Below are positions 1 to 10,313 of a stretch of 64,000 bases of DNA, one piece after another. The position numbers and the translations under genes were made by a program. The DNA comes from an uncultured Alphaproteobacteria bacterium (GTDB taxonomy: Bacteria > Pseudomonadota > Alphaproteobacteria > Geminicoccales > Geminicoccaceae). How positions within the stretch are numbered: position 1 is the stretch's first letter; every line of letters begins with the position of its first letter. The stretch covers positions 7,178-71,177 of the forward strand of contig CAVSVZ010000006.1 in assembly GCA_963731495.1 (NCBI GenBank), given 5' to 3'. Below the pieces are notes generated by a model that worked only from the letters and a program-made list of their open reading frames with translations, had not been told where the DNA came from and did not search any database.

Positions 1-825
1 ATGTAGCGCCAGAACGGCATCGATCAAGGCCAGCGGCAGCGGGCTCGGCGCGGCCGGATCGAATGCTGGCCACGAGGCACGCACGACCACGCCGCCGGCA
101 CCGGCGCCGGCCGGCGCCAGATCGATCGACAGGGGGCTCCTGGGGCTCGCGCAGCCAGCATGCAGGTCGACCAGGGTGGCCGCCAGGATACCGAGCCAGA
201 TCGGGTCGCCCGGCACCATCAACGACGCACCCTCGGGCGCCGCTTCGAGCAGGTGCGCCTCGCGTTGCGACCGATCCTGCCCCGGGCACGTGTCCCGGCG
301 AGACGCACCATCCGCGACCGCCTGCCGGATCAGCGCCAGGAGATCGATCGGCAGCCCGGTCCTGAGCGGCCCGCTGGTGCGCGCCTGAACCAGCAGAAAG
401 AGCGGCTGAAGCTGGCTCAGCAGCTGGCGGCTCGCGACCTGGATGTCGCCGATGCAGGCACGCACGGGCGCCGCGAGCGGCCCCGCCGAACCATCGAGCA
501 GGATCTCGATATTGCCCAGGATCGCATTCAGTGGGGTGCGCAGCTCGTGACTGAGCTGAAGCCAGTCACTGGACCAGGATGCATCGTCCCGGCCGCGAGC
601 GGCCGACCCATCGCCGGGGCAGGCCCCAGGGTAGGCCAAGCTGCTGCCATCGGGCGGGGGCGTCGGCCCGCGCGTTGCGCCAAGAGCGGCAACCGCCGTC
701 CCGATCCCGGGTCGACCGGCCGCGGGCCGCGCGGTGGCGGCGGCGCGCTGTTCGTGCACCCTCCGGGCCCCCTGCTCGTCGGGAGCGTCCGGCGTGCGCT
801 TGGCTGGATCGACGGGTTCGAGCAT
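1..825 (-). CDS. sensor histidine kinase, N-terminal part (gene runs off the left edge)
   Basis: Absent from the ORF track because there is no stop inside the window. My minus-strand translation from ATG 825 stays open to position 1 and contains the HisKA H-box ...DWLQLSHELRTPLNAILGNIEILLDG... Confidence 0.7.
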   Translation of the reverse strand, partial: MLEPVDPAKRTPDAPDEQGARRVHEQRAAATARPAAGRPGIGTAVAALGATRGPTPPPDGSSLAYPGACPGDGSAARGRDDASWSSDWLQLSHELRTPLNAILGNIEILLDGSAGPLAAPVRACIGDIQVASRQLLSQLQPLFLLVQARTSGPLRTGLPIDLLALIRQAVADGASRRDTCPGQDRSQREAHLLEAAPEGASLMVPGDPIWLGILAATLVDLHAGCASPRSPLSIDLAPAGAGAGGVVVRASWPAFDPAAPSPLPLALIDAVLALH

Positions 826-1183
826 GATCGCACTTCGGTTGCGCGTCACGGCCAGAGATTGGCCAGGAGTTGCGCCTGTCAGCGCACCCTTCATGGCGCC
901 CGTCACGGCCTCACATCCGTCCGCAGGGGCTAGCGGGTGCCTGATGCCACGATGATTCTGCCTCAACAGGACTAACGTATGGTTAACGGCCCTGCCCATG
1001 ATGGTACTCCGGACGCGCGTGGCGGCTGGCCGTCGGCGGAGCCGGACGGCGCTGGATCGGCAGGGTCGTGGGTCCGCCGGCCCTGCGTTCAGGGTTGACA
1101 AGCCTGGCACGCTGGTCCGGTATCGGCGGTCCGAGGCCAAGCCAACGCACGGGCTCGAGATCGCCCGGCCTCCCGGAGCGGGC

Positions 1184-1795
1184 ATGAGCAGCCATCACTA
1201 TCCGATCGGCACGTTGTCTTCCGACTACCTGCGGGTGACGATCGGCTTGACGCTCACGCTGGGACCGTTGCTGCTGCTCGATCTGGCATCGGTGATCGCC
1301 TGGTTGCTGTCGGCGCTGGCGGTGCTGTTCGTCTGGTTCGGCGTGCGGACCGGCCTGCGCCAGATGAGCTCGGTCGAGCTGTCGCCGCAGGAGATCGCGA
1401 TCCGCGGACCTTTCGGCCGCCATCTTGCCTGGGACGAGCTGACGCGGATGAAGCTCGCCTACTATGCGCCACGCGGCTGGAGCAGTGCCAGGCGGCGCGG
1501 CCGGCAGCATGAGCGCGCCGAGCGGGACGACAGCCAGCGCGGCTGGCTGCAGCTCACCTTGCAGGGTGCGGGCGGCAGGCCGATCCGGGTCGAGTCGACC
1601 CTCGAGGGGTTCGATCAGGTGCTACGCCGCACCATGGCCGCGGTCGCGCACCAACGGCTCGAGCTCGATCCGACCACCATGGCCAATCTGGCTGCGCTCG
1701 GCCTCGATCGCGACGATCCGGCGCACGGCCCGGTCATGCCGGCTGCATCCGGTCGCGGCCTTGCGGCAAGCCCGGGTCCCAGGGGCTCTCTTTGA
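1184..1795 (+). CDS. hypothetical membrane protein (two predicted TM helices)
   Basis: Internal ATG of ORF 998..1795, preceded by GGAG 5 nt upstream. Hydrophobic N-terminus LTLTLGPLLLLDLASVIAWLLSALAVLFVWF. No family recognised. The 3' end overlaps the convergent GGDEF-EAL gene by ~60 nt. Confidence 0.4.
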   Translation: MSSHHYPIGTLSSDYLRVTIGLTLTLGPLLLLDLASVIAWLLSALAVLFVWFGVRTGLRQMSSVELSPQEIAIRGPFGRHLAWDELTRMKLAYYAPRGWSSARRRGRQHERAERDDSQRGWLQLTLQGAGGRPIRVESTLEGFDQVLRRTMAAVAHQRLELDPTTMANLAALGLDRDDPAHGPVMPAASGRGLAASPGPRGSL

Positions 1796-4520
1796 GCCAG
1801 ACCATCAGCTGTTCGGATGTCATCGCCCGGCCCAGATAATAGCCCTGCATCTGATCGCAGCCGAGCGATTGCAGCCAGGCGAACGCGTCCTCGGTCTCGA
1901 CGCCCTCGGCGACCACCGTCAGACCCAGGCTCTTGGCGAGCTTGATCACCGAGCGCACGACCACGGCGGCGTTGTCGTCCTCGGTCATTTCGGCGACGAA
2001 CGACCGGTCGATCTTGAGCTCGTGGATCGGCAGCCGCTGCAGATAGGCGAGCGAGGAATAGCCGGTGCCGAAGTCGTCGAGCGACAGGCGGCAACCCAGA
2101 TCCGCGACCCGCTTGAGCACCATCATCGAGGTGTCGGGATCGGCCATCAGGGCACTCTCGGTGAGCTCGAGGGTCAGGCATCCGGCATCGGTCTGCCAAC
2201 GCTCGAACAGCAGGCCCAGGACGTTGGCCAGCTCGGGATCGTGCAGCGACTTGACCGAGAGATTGACCGCGGCGTTGATCTCGAAGCCGGCCTCGCGCCA
2301 GGTTCGCTGCGCGCGCAGCGCCGCGTTGACGACCCAAAGGGTCAAAGGCCGGATCAGACCGGTGTGCTCGGCGCCGGGCACGAATTCCTCGGGTGGAATC
2401 AGGCCGTGCTCGGGATGGTGCCAGCGCAGCAGGGCCTCGACCCCGGCGAGCGTGCCCTCGGCCAACTCGACCTTCGGCTGAAAGCTCAGGCTGAGCTGGT
2501 CGTTCTCGATCGCGCGCCGCAGCTCGCCGGTCAGGCTCAGCTTGCGCGCCCGATTGCCCTCGTCCTCGGCATTGTAGACCACGAAGCCGAAGCCGTTGCG
2601 CTTGGCGGCGTACATGGCGGCATCGGCATGCTGCAGCAGCAGCTCGGCGGCCTCGCCGTGCACGGGACAGAGCGCCACGCCGATGCTGATGCCGACCTCC
2701 AGCGCCATGTCGTCGACCGGGAACGGATCGCGGAACGCCTCGACGATGCGCTCGGCGATGCCGCAGGCGGCGGGAATGTCGATCGGCCCGGGCAGCAGGA
2801 TCGCGAACTCGTCGCCACCCAGGCGCGCCACCGTGTCGGCATCGCGCAACGGCTGGCGCAGGCGCGGGCCGATCATGGTCAGCAGGCGGTCGCCGACCAG
2901 GTGGCCGAGCGTGTCGTTGACCTCCTTGAAGCGGTCGAGATCGAGCAGCAGGATGGCCATGGTGTCGCCCGATCGCCGGGCGGCGCTGATCGCCTGCTCG
3001 ATGCGATCGTCGAGCAGGGTGCGGTTGGGCAGACCGGTCAGGGCGTCGTGCAGCGCCCTGCGCTCGAGTTCGGCATGCTGCGCCTTGCGCTGCGAGATGT
3101 CGCGCAGGATCGCGATGCCGACCCAGCGCGCGTCGACCTGCATGCGGCTGAGCGCGACGTCGACCGGCAGACGCGTGCCGTCGCCCCGGGCAGCGCTCAG
3201 CTCCCGCGAGGCGCCGTCCTGTGCCCAGGCGGCAAGCGCCCGGTGATGCTCGTCCGGCAAGAGCAGGGTCACCGGCTGGCCGACCAGCTCGGTCGCGGGC
3301 CGTTCAAACATCCGCTCGGCGGCACCGTTGCAGGACAGCACCATGCCGCTCGGGTCGAAGGTCACGATCGCATCGAAGCTGCTGTGGACCAGCTCGCGGG
3401 TCACCCGGTCGTCGATCGGCAGCGCGCAGCCCGATCCGGCCGAGCTGCGCGCCCGGCGATCGGTCCTGCCGAGCATGGCGCCGGCGAAGGCGAGCAACAG
3501 CCCGAATGCGGCCGCAGTGGTGTCCAGCACGACCGCAGCCCACGGCTGCAGGAGCGTCGCGAGGCCGACCAGCGCCACTATCAGGCCGACCAGCAGCGCC
3601 AGCCCACGGGGCCACGACGCACGCACGAACAGCGGTCCGGCAAGGATCACCGCCAACACGCTGGCGAGCGCGACCGGCCAGCCGCTGAGATGGGTGAGCG
3701 CGCGGTCCTGGCGCAACGTCTCGAAGGCGAGGCCCTGCACCATCGATCGCGGCAGCGCCCAGTGGCGCGGCACGCTGATCCAATCGCCGAGCTCGATCGC
3801 GCTGGCGCCGACCAGCACCCGCTTGCCGGCAATCTCGGCCGGATCGAAACGGCCGCTCAACAGATCGATGAAGCTCAGCTGCGGGATCGCACTCGGATCG
3901 ATGCTGTCGTCGATCAGGATCTGCCCGCCGGTCTCATCGGTCAGCGTGGCGCCGGCGGCCCCGCCGGCGTCGGCATCGAGCCAGGCCGCTGCGGTCGGCA
4001 GATCCTGGCCATGCCGGCGGGCGGAGCGGGAGATCCGACGCACGCTGCCGTCGCTGTCGGGCCGAAGATCGATCGCAACGGCGCTGACGTGATCGCGAAA
4101 CAGCGGCAGCGGTGCCGTGTCGAACGGCTCGATCCGGTTTTCGGGGGTCTGCCGAAGTTGGCGGAACACCGGCAGGGCGATGCGCTCGGGACCGGCGCGC
4201 GCCAGGGCCTCGGCGAGCGCCTGATCCTCGCCGGGCTGCGAGGGGGCGCTGAAGTCGACATCGTATACGATGCGCGCGGCGCCGGCCGCGAGCAGACGCT
4301 CGATCGCCTCGGCATGATAATGGCGCGGCCACGGCCAGCGCTCGAGCGCATGCAGGCTGACCGGATCGATCGCAACGATCGCCAGGTCCCCGGTTGCCGC
4401 CCGCTCGACCAGCCCGGCGCGCAGGTCCGAAAGCGCCCGCTCGATCGGATCGAACCAGCCTGCGAGATAGACCATCGCGACCAGGGCCCCCAGCAGCGCG
4501 AATGGTCGATAATGCTGCAT
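1734..4520 (-). CDS. CHASE2 sensor - PAS - GGDEF - EAL c-di-GMP turnover protein
   Basis: 928-aa ORF with an N-terminal CHASE2-like periplasmic region and TM helices, followed by a PAS segment. GGDEF motif RLGGDEFAILL has an RxxD I-site (RDAD) 5 residues upstream. EAL motifs are EALLRW, DDFGTGYSSL and EGVET. Confidence 0.9.
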   Translation of the reverse strand: MQHYRPFALLGALVAMVYLAGWFDPIERALSDLRAGLVERAATGDLAIVAIDPVSLHALERWPWPRHYHAEAIERLLAAGAARIVYDVDFSAPSQPGEDQALAEALARAGPERIALPVFRQLRQTPENRIEPFDTAPLPLFRDHVSAVAIDLRPDSDGSVRRISRSARRHGQDLPTAAAWLDADAGGAAGATLTDETGGQILIDDSIDPSAIPQLSFIDLLSGRFDPAEIAGKRVLVGASAIELGDWISVPRHWALPRSMVQGLAFETLRQDRALTHLSGWPVALASVLAVILAGPLFVRASWPRGLALLVGLIVALVGLATLLQPWAAVVLDTTAAAFGLLLAFAGAMLGRTDRRARSSAGSGCALPIDDRVTRELVHSSFDAIVTFDPSGMVLSCNGAAERMFERPATELVGQPVTLLLPDEHHRALAAWAQDGASRELSAARGDGTRLPVDVALSRMQVDARWVGIAILRDISQRKAQHAELERRALHDALTGLPNRTLLDDRIEQAISAARRSGDTMAILLLDLDRFKEVNDTLGHLVGDRLLTMIGPRLRQPLRDADTVARLGGDEFAILLPGPIDIPAACGIAERIVEAFRDPFPVDDMALEVGISIGVALCPVHGEAAELLLQHADAAMYAAKRNGFGFVVYNAEDEGNRARKLSLTGELRRAIENDQLSLSFQPKVELAEGTLAGVEALLRWHHPEHGLIPPEEFVPGAEHTGLIRPLTLWVVNAALRAQRTWREAGFEINAAVNLSVKSLHDPELANVLGLLFERWQTDAGCLTLELTESALMADPDTSMMVLKRVADLGCRLSLDDFGTGYSSLAYLQRLPIHELKIDRSFVAEMTEDDNAAVVVRSVIKLAKSLGLTVVAEGVETEDAFAWLQSLGCDQMQGYYLGRAMTSEQLMVWLKESPWDPGLPQGRDRMQPA

Positions 4521-4563
4521 GGTCAGCGCTTGTGACGTGCGCTCTCACCGGAAGCGGGCACGC

Positions 4564-5769
4564 TCACCTCCGATCGAGCTGGGCGCCCGACAGCTCGGCG
4601 GGCAGGAGACCATCGAGCAACCCCCGGGTCAGGCCCTCGAAGCGCCGCTGGATCTCCGCCTGCTCGGGATCGAGCGGCTGCGAGGCCGATGGCGGCGTCG
4701 TGAAGCCGGCCGGCACCAGCGTGGTCTCGGCCGACCCGGCAGGATCCGCCGAACTCGCGGCCGGGGTATTGGCAGGCTCGGGCGCGGGTGCGGCGATGGT
4801 CTGGTCCGGCGCGACCATGGCCGGCACGGCAGCTGCCATCGTGGTGGGGTCGGTAGGTGGTGGCAGCGTCGGGCTTGTCACGGCGGGCCGCTGCATGACC
4901 GTGAGCGCGATGGGCGAACCGAGTGCCTCGAGCGAAGGCTCGAAGATGAGGGCGCTCGGTGAGGCGGTCGCTGGCGCAGGCATGGCGCGGGCAGACGGAT
5001 CGGACGCCGGCGCGGTTGCCGGGATCACGGTTGGCGCCGGATCGGCTGCCGCCATCTCGCTTGCCGCCAGATCGGGCGATTGGGCGCTGCCGCTCGTCGC
5101 GCGATCCGGATGCAGAGCGGGCACGACGGTCGCCGGCACCTGTTCGAGGCGCTGGTCGGGGCCGCGACGGATCGCCAGCGAATCGCCCGCCATGCTCGCA
5201 TAGCCGGTATAGCCGGCATGCAGGTCGATCTGCCTGCGGCCGTCCAGAGTCTTGACCCGGACCCGGCCGCTGACCACCGCGACTTCGGTCTCGCTGTCGC
5301 CGACCGTCACGTCGAGCACCGCGTCGTTGACCAGAAGGTCGAGGAACGGGGTCTCGATGGCGAAGCTCGCGTCCGGTTCGCCCGCGATGCGATAGCGCAG
5401 CCATCCTTCGGTCTGCAGCATGCTGTCGCCGGACTCCCAGCCCGGCAGGACGAACCGGCTGTTGGTGCCCGCGCTCAACTGGTTGTCGTCCTGATGGACG
5501 ATCAGCCGGCCGCCGATGCCGGTAGCGATCTGGCTGCCGGCGGGGATCAGGCCGCGAGGGGTGATCTCTTCCCAGGCGGCCATGCTCGGCGCGAGATAGC
5601 GCGCCTCGCCGAGCCGCTCGACCACGCGCCAGGCTTCGACCTCCGGCTCAGCCGGTTGCTTGGACAGGGACTGCTGGGGCAAGAACTGGCAGGCGGCCAG
5701 CGATGCGGCCGCGCACAACGGCAGCCACGTTCCGGACCACGCGCTTGGTCGGGGCCTTTGCCGGTCCAT
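4564..5769 (-). CDS. FecR-domain protein with lipoprotein-like signal peptide
   Basis: 401-aa ORF 44 nt upstream of the CHASE2 gene on the same strand. Signal/lipobox is AAASLAAC. The central beta-rich region is typical of FecR domains, and the C-terminal tail is Pro/Ala-rich. Confidence 0.75.
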   Translation of the reverse strand: MDRQRPRPSAWSGTWLPLCAAASLAACQFLPQQSLSKQPAEPEVEAWRVVERLGEARYLAPSMAAWEEITPRGLIPAGSQIATGIGGRLIVHQDDNQLSAGTNSRFVLPGWESGDSMLQTEGWLRYRIAGEPDASFAIETPFLDLLVNDAVLDVTVGDSETEVAVVSGRVRVKTLDGRRQIDLHAGYTGYASMAGDSLAIRRGPDQRLEQVPATVVPALHPDRATSGSAQSPDLAASEMAAADPAPTVIPATAPASDPSARAMPAPATASPSALIFEPSLEALGSPIALTVMQRPAVTSPTLPPPTDPTTMAAAVPAMVAPDQTIAAPAPEPANTPAASSADPAGSAETTLVPAGFTTPPSASQPLDPEQAEIQRRFEGLTRGLLDGLLPAELSGAQLDRR

Positions 5770-6086
5770 CAGCCATCCTTCTGCTTCTGCCCCCAGGGCC
5801 GCCGCCCGGAAGCTGGTCGAGGGGGAGGAGCATCAGCAAAGCCGAGCGCGCCTAATTTCCCGTAAACGGCGCGTCATGTTGTCGCGACCGGACGTCAGAT
5901 CCGGGCGCGGCGGTATCGGGGGATGCCTGCGCGAGGCCCCGGCGGCGTCATGTCGCTTGGCAGCAAGCGAGCGTCGCCCTTGAGCGTACAGGGAGGCCGG
6001 ATCGTTCCTATCTGCCAGGGTGTTATCGAGGCTTTGCGGTGTTGGCCGGTGTGTCGGCACCAGGGGCGTTCTTGGAGCTGACCACC

Positions 6087-7031
6087 ATGTCCGTGACCAC
6101 TGTCCTGGCGCGCGATCTCGAGGCCCCGGCACCGCAGGCCAGCCCGCAGCAGATCATCGACCTGCTCGCCGATTTCTCGGTCGAGACCACGCCGTCGGCG
6201 GTCGTCCGCCTTGGCGGGCTCGGCCTGCTGCCGGCGTCGACCCGGGTGTACATCGCCTATGTGCCCGGCGAGGACTGGCGCAAGGTGGTCGACGCAGCGT
6301 GCCAGGTCCGCGCCGCCGATCTGACGCCGGTGCCGCATGTTCCGGCCAGGTCGATCTCCAGCCTGGCCGACTTCGACGCCTTCCTGCGCCAGCTGAACGA
6401 TCGGGCCGGAGTCGACCAGGTGCTGGTGATCGGCGGCGGCATCGACCAGCCGCTGGGGCCGTTCGCGAGCTCGCTCGCCCTGCTCGAGACCGGCCTGCTC
6501 GAGCGCTACGGCGTGCGTACCATCGGCATGGCCGGGCATCCCGAGGGCGAGCCCGCCCTGAGCCTGCCGGGCGTGACCACGACACATGCGCAGAAGCTCG
6601 CCTATGCCCGCAAGAGCCAGGCGGCGACGCGCCTGGTGACCCAGTTCGTGTTCGACACCTCCCCGCTGATCGCCTGGGAGCGCACGATTCGCGCCGATGG
6701 CCTGCCGATCCATGCCGGCGTACCCGGTCCGGCGACGCTCAAGACCCTGCTGACCTATGCCCGGATGTGCGGCATCGGCAACTCGATGCGCGTGCTGACC
6801 CGCCAGGCCGGCAACCTGCTGCGCCTCGCCCGTCTGTCCTATCCGGACGCGATGATCAGCGCGCTGGCCGCTCACCGCGCGGCCGATCCAGCGAGCCGGA
6901 TCGAGCGGCTGCACCTCTACCCGTTCGGCGGCCTCGCCCGCACCGCCCGCTGGATCGAGGGGATCCGCGCCGGCGCCTTCACGCTGCACGACGACGGCCT
7001 GGGCTTTACGGTCGACCCCGCGTACGGCTGA
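6087..7031 (+). CDS. methylenetetrahydrofolate reductase family protein
   Basis: ATG 6087 (MSVTTVL...) has GGAG ~9 nt upstream. It lies within ORF 6039..7031 and shows MTHFR-like sequence (...FSVETTPS...RVYIAYVPGE...VLVIGGG...GMAGHPEG...). Confidence 0.6.
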   Translation: MSVTTVLARDLEAPAPQASPQQIIDLLADFSVETTPSAVVRLGGLGLLPASTRVYIAYVPGEDWRKVVDAACQVRAADLTPVPHVPARSISSLADFDAFLRQLNDRAGVDQVLVIGGGIDQPLGPFASSLALLETGLLERYGVRTIGMAGHPEGEPALSLPGVTTTHAQKLAYARKSQAATRLVTQFVFDTSPLIAWERTIRADGLPIHAGVPGPATLKTLLTYARMCGIGNSMRVLTRQAGNLLRLARLSYPDAMISALAAHRAADPASRIERLHLYPFGGLARTARWIEGIRAGAFTLHDDGLGFTVDPAYG

Positions 7032-7044
7032 TCCGGTGTGCTCG

Positions 7045-7073
7045 TTGACAGTCCGACGGGCGAACTGTAGCGT
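7045..7073 (+). promoter_or_regulatory. possible sigma-70 promoter (TTGACA-N17-TAGCGT) upstream of the sugar ABC operon
   Basis: Perfect -35 TTGACA at 7045-7050, a 17-nt spacer, then -10 TAGCGT at 7068-7073, about 95 nt upstream of ATG 7168. Confidence 0.3.
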
Positions 7074-7167
7074 CGTCGGCTAGTCCTTCAGATCAAACGA
7101 AATTGCCGGTCCTGCCTCCCGCGGGCCTTCGGCGGACGGGTCGGGCCGCGCCGCTCGGGAGGGAATC

Positions 7168-8490
7168 ATGCGGACACCTAGGTCGCTTTGCCTGCTGCTG
7201 TTTCCGGCCATATTCACCTTCGGCGGCGCCGCTATCGCCCAAGACAAGCCATTCGACGGCGTCACCGTCCGCGTTGCCGCTCAGGCGAGCCAGTGGGCGG
7301 ACGCGTTCAAGCAGTACGTTCCACAGTTCACCGAAGAAACCGGCATCACACTGGAGTTCGACGATATTTCGTTTGATGTGATGTACGAGAAACTGAAGAC
7401 CGGTTTTATTGGCGGCGCTTCCAGTTACGATATGATCTGGTATGATTCGATGTACACGCCCGAATTTGCGCAGCGGGGCTGGGTCAAGGAACTAAGTGAT
7501 TATCTTAAGGATCCGGCGTTGACACCGGCAGATTTCGGCTATCCCGACGGCTTCTACGGCACGTTCATCACCGGCAACTACCCGGCCAACAATGAGTGGA
7601 AGCTACCCGAGGGCGTGTTTGGCATTCCCTGGATCGCTGGCTTTCGGCCGCTCTACTATCGTACCGATCTCTTGGAGAAAGCCGGCTTCGTGGATTCCTC
7701 AGGCAAGGCGAAGCCTCCTGAGACCATGGACGAGCTGCTGTCTTATGCTCAGAAGCTGAATGACCCGGACCACAAGGTTTACGGCTACGTCATGCCGGCA
7801 AAGCAGCCGCGCATCGTCTACGACTGGTCGGGTTTTCTGTGGACCTACGGCGGCGATTTCTTCGACGCCGATTTCAAGCCGATCTTCAACAGCGACGCCG
7901 GGCTGCGCGCGCTCGAGACCTACATCGCGCTCGGCAAGGTCGCACCCCCAGGTGTCGCCGCCTATCACATCACCGAAGCGTGGACTTCGTACATGCAGGG
8001 CCATGCCGCCCTGGCCTGGACTTGGCAGGATCTGGCCTCGGTGGCGCGCGCGCAGTCGGACATCATCGGCAAATTCGAATGCGCCCCGCCGCCGACCCAG
8101 GATGGCCGCCGGGTGTCGCTGCTCGGCGCGATCGTGGCGTCGATCCCGGACAACGCCCAGAATCCAGAAGCAGCCTTCAAGTTCATGACCTGGGCCCTGG
8201 AGGGCGAGCGAGCCAAGGCGGTCACCCTGGCCGGCGCCACCGTCTATAACAAGAGCGTCTGGGATGATCCGGAAGTCGAGGAGATGTACCCGTCGGCCGC
8301 CGGCGACCTCGAGCGGATCACCATCGAGTTGGCGCGGCCGGTGCCGATGATCCCGGAGTGGGCGGCGGTCGACCAGATCATGGGCGAGCAGCTGTCGGCC
8401 GCGTTCGCAGGCACCAAGTCCGCCAAGGAGGCGCTCGACACGGCGGCCGAGCGGGTCGAGGCGTTCATGAGCGAGGCGGGCTACTACTAG
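7168..8490 (+). CDS. ABC transporter substrate-binding protein (carbohydrate family)
   Basis: 440-aa ORF with RBS GGGAGGG and signal peptide LCLLLFPAIFTFGGAAIA. Sequence is typical of a family-1 extracellular solute-binding protein. Confidence 0.85.
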   Translation: MRTPRSLCLLLFPAIFTFGGAAIAQDKPFDGVTVRVAAQASQWADAFKQYVPQFTEETGITLEFDDISFDVMYEKLKTGFIGGASSYDMIWYDSMYTPEFAQRGWVKELSDYLKDPALTPADFGYPDGFYGTFITGNYPANNEWKLPEGVFGIPWIAGFRPLYYRTDLLEKAGFVDSSGKAKPPETMDELLSYAQKLNDPDHKVYGYVMPAKQPRIVYDWSGFLWTYGGDFFDADFKPIFNSDAGLRALETYIALGKVAPPGVAAYHITEAWTSYMQGHAALAWTWQDLASVARAQSDIIGKFECAPPPTQDGRRVSLLGAIVASIPDNAQNPEAAFKFMTWALEGERAKAVTLAGATVYNKSVWDDPEVEEMYPSAAGDLERITIELARPVPMIPEWAAVDQIMGEQLSAAFAGTKSAKEALDTAAERVEAFMSEAGYY

Positions 8491-8609
8491 CGCACGGCCG
8501 GCGCGCGTGCGGATCACGAGGGGCGTTCGATGCGCTGAGTTCGCGGGGCGGTGGTCGGGGGTGACCCGCGCCGCCCCGGCGGGCTTCCTGCACGACCGGT
8601 AGGCGGCCC

Positions 8610-9501
8610 ATGCCACGGCTGACCTTGCGCGACGCGGCGCTGTTCCTTTCGCCCGCGCTGCTGGTCATGCTTGTCATCACCCTGTACCCGTTCCTGTACA
8701 CGCTGGTCTTGAGCTTTCAGGACTGGAACCTCGCCGCCTTTCATGGCAAGCGCTTCGTTGGCCTCGCCAATTACGTCGAGTTCCTGACCAACCCCGACAT
8801 CTGGCATGCGCTGCAGGTGACCGCTTTCTACGTGGTCGCCTGCGTCACGATCGAGTTGGTCCTGGGCCTGTCGATCGCATTTCTGTTCGACACCACCTTT
8901 CGCGGTGCGCAGCTTGCCCGAAACCTCTTGTTGCTGCCGATGGTGATGTCGTCGGTGGTGGTCGGGCTGATCTGGCGCTGGATCTTCAACGCCGAGCTGG
9001 GCGTGCTCAACTATTTCGTCGAGTTCGATCGGGCTCACGCCGCTGGCGTGGCTCACCCAGCCCGGCCTCGCATTCCTGTCGGTCGTGGTTGCCGACATCT
9101 GGCAGTGGACGCCTCTGGTCTTCCTGGTCTGCCTGGCAGGCCTCCAGGCGGTGCCACCCGACAGTATCGAGTTGGCGCGCCTCGATGGCGCGTCCTGGTG
9201 GCAGATCCAGCGCTATGTCGCGCTGCCCGCGATCCAGCCCATCATCCTCACCGTGATCCTGATCCGCACGATCGACTGCCTGCGCTTCGTCGACAAGATC
9301 TTCATCATGACCTATGGCGGTCCGGCCGGTACGACCTCGACCCTCGGCTTCCATATCTACCTGAAGGGCTTCAAGTACTTCCAGATGGGCGCGACCGCCG
9401 CCTATTCGATCGTCTACATGGCGATCATCATCATCCTGGCAAAGCTGCTGATCGGCTCGTTCCGTCGCGCTGATTTGCGCGATTCGGAGCAAGAGACATG
9501 A
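8610..9501 (+). pseudogene. carbohydrate ABC transporter permease, interrupted by one frame change near 9030
   Basis: ORF 8610.. reads as a permease up to ...NAELGVLNYFVEFD. The sequence continues in the frame of ORF 9085..9501 as GLTPLAWLTQPGLAFLSVVVADIWQWTPLVF...DGASWWQ.... This looks like a single extra nucleotide around 9030. Confidence 0.75.
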
Positions 9502-10313
9502 GAGGCCTTCGTTTCGCTGCGAAATACATGGCGGTGGCCGCCGTTCTCCTGTTCTTCTGTTTTCCAATCTTCTGGACCGTGCTGACATCGATCAAGCCGC
9601 TCGAGCTGATTCCGAAGTCCCCGCCGGTCTGGCTGTTCAAGCCGACCCTCGAGCACTACTGGGCCACCCTGACGCAGGGGCTGTTGCTGTCGAGCCTGTG
9701 GAACAGCCTCTCGGTAGCCGCGCTTAGCACATTTTTCGCGCTGCTGGTTGGGGCGCCGGCCGCCTATGTGTTCGCCCGGTTTCGTTTCCGCGGCAAGGAA
9801 TCGCTGGCCTTCTATTTCCTGACCTCCCGCATGGCGCCGCCGATCGCCGTCATCCTGCCGTTCTTTCTGATTTCGCGCGACCTGGGATTGCTGGATACCA
9901 GGTTCATCCTGATCGTCGCCTACATGACGTTCAACTTCGCGTTCGTGATCTGGCTGCTGCGCGGCTTCTTCGCCGAGATCCCGCCTGAGATCGACGAAGC
10001 GGCGCTGATCGACGGCTGCTCGCGGTTCGGCGCTTTCGTGCGCGTCGTCTTGCCGCTGGCGGGACCGGGTCTGGCCGCCGCGGCGATCATCTGCTTTATC
10101 TTCTCCTGGAACGAGTTCCTGTTCGCGCTGATTCTGACCAATCTGTCCGCCAAAACCTTGCCGGTGCTCGCCTCCGGCTTCGTCACCGACCGATTGGTTC
10201 TCTGGGGCAAGCTGTGCGCTGCGTCGGTGATCATCTACGTCCCGGTTGTGTTGTTTGCGCTGGTGACCCGCCGTCACCTGGTGCGGGGCATGACCCTAGG
10301 TGCGATCCGCTAG
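9498..10313 (+). CDS. carbohydrate ABC transporter permease
   Basis: 271-aa ORF with an ATGA overlap with the previous gene. It has MalG/UgpE-like TM topology and the EAA-loop region IDEAALIDGCSRFGAF. Confidence 0.85.
   Translation: MRGLRFAAKYMAVAAVLLFFCFPIFWTVLTSIKPLELIPKSPPVWLFKPTLEHYWATLTQGLLLSSLWNSLSVAALSTFFALLVGAPAAYVFARFRFRGKESLAFYFLTSRMAPPIAVILPFFLISRDLGLLDTRFILIVAYMTFNFAFVIWLLRGFFAEIPPEIDEAALIDGCSRFGAFVRVVLPLAGPGLAAAAIICFIFSWNEFLFALILTNLSAKTLPVLASGFVTDRLVLWGKLCAASVIIYVPVVLFALVTRRHLVRGMTLGAIR

Noticed and set aside
972-987. CTAA-N7-TTAAC, resembling a CtrA box (TTAA-N7-TTAAC), in the divergent region between the kinase and the membrane protein
   Set aside because: It has one mismatch in the first half-site, occurs only once, and the taxon and presence of CtrA are unknown. 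This is too weak to call.
1464-4535. 1023-aa ORF on the plus strand spanning the whole GGDEF-EAL locus
   Set aside because: It is antisense to a gene with unmistakable CHASE2/PAS/GGDEF/EAL motifs. Its translation is Arg/Gly/Ala-rich low-complexity sequence typical of stop-free antisense frames in high-GC DNA.
5953-6086. Hairpin TCGCTTG-GCAG-CAAGCGA and leader upstream of the MTHFR-like gene as a possible SAM-II-type riboswitch
   Set aside because: I could not find the conserved AAAGCU pseudoknot partner or other SAM-II/SAM-V core elements. It needs an Infernal scan before any claim.
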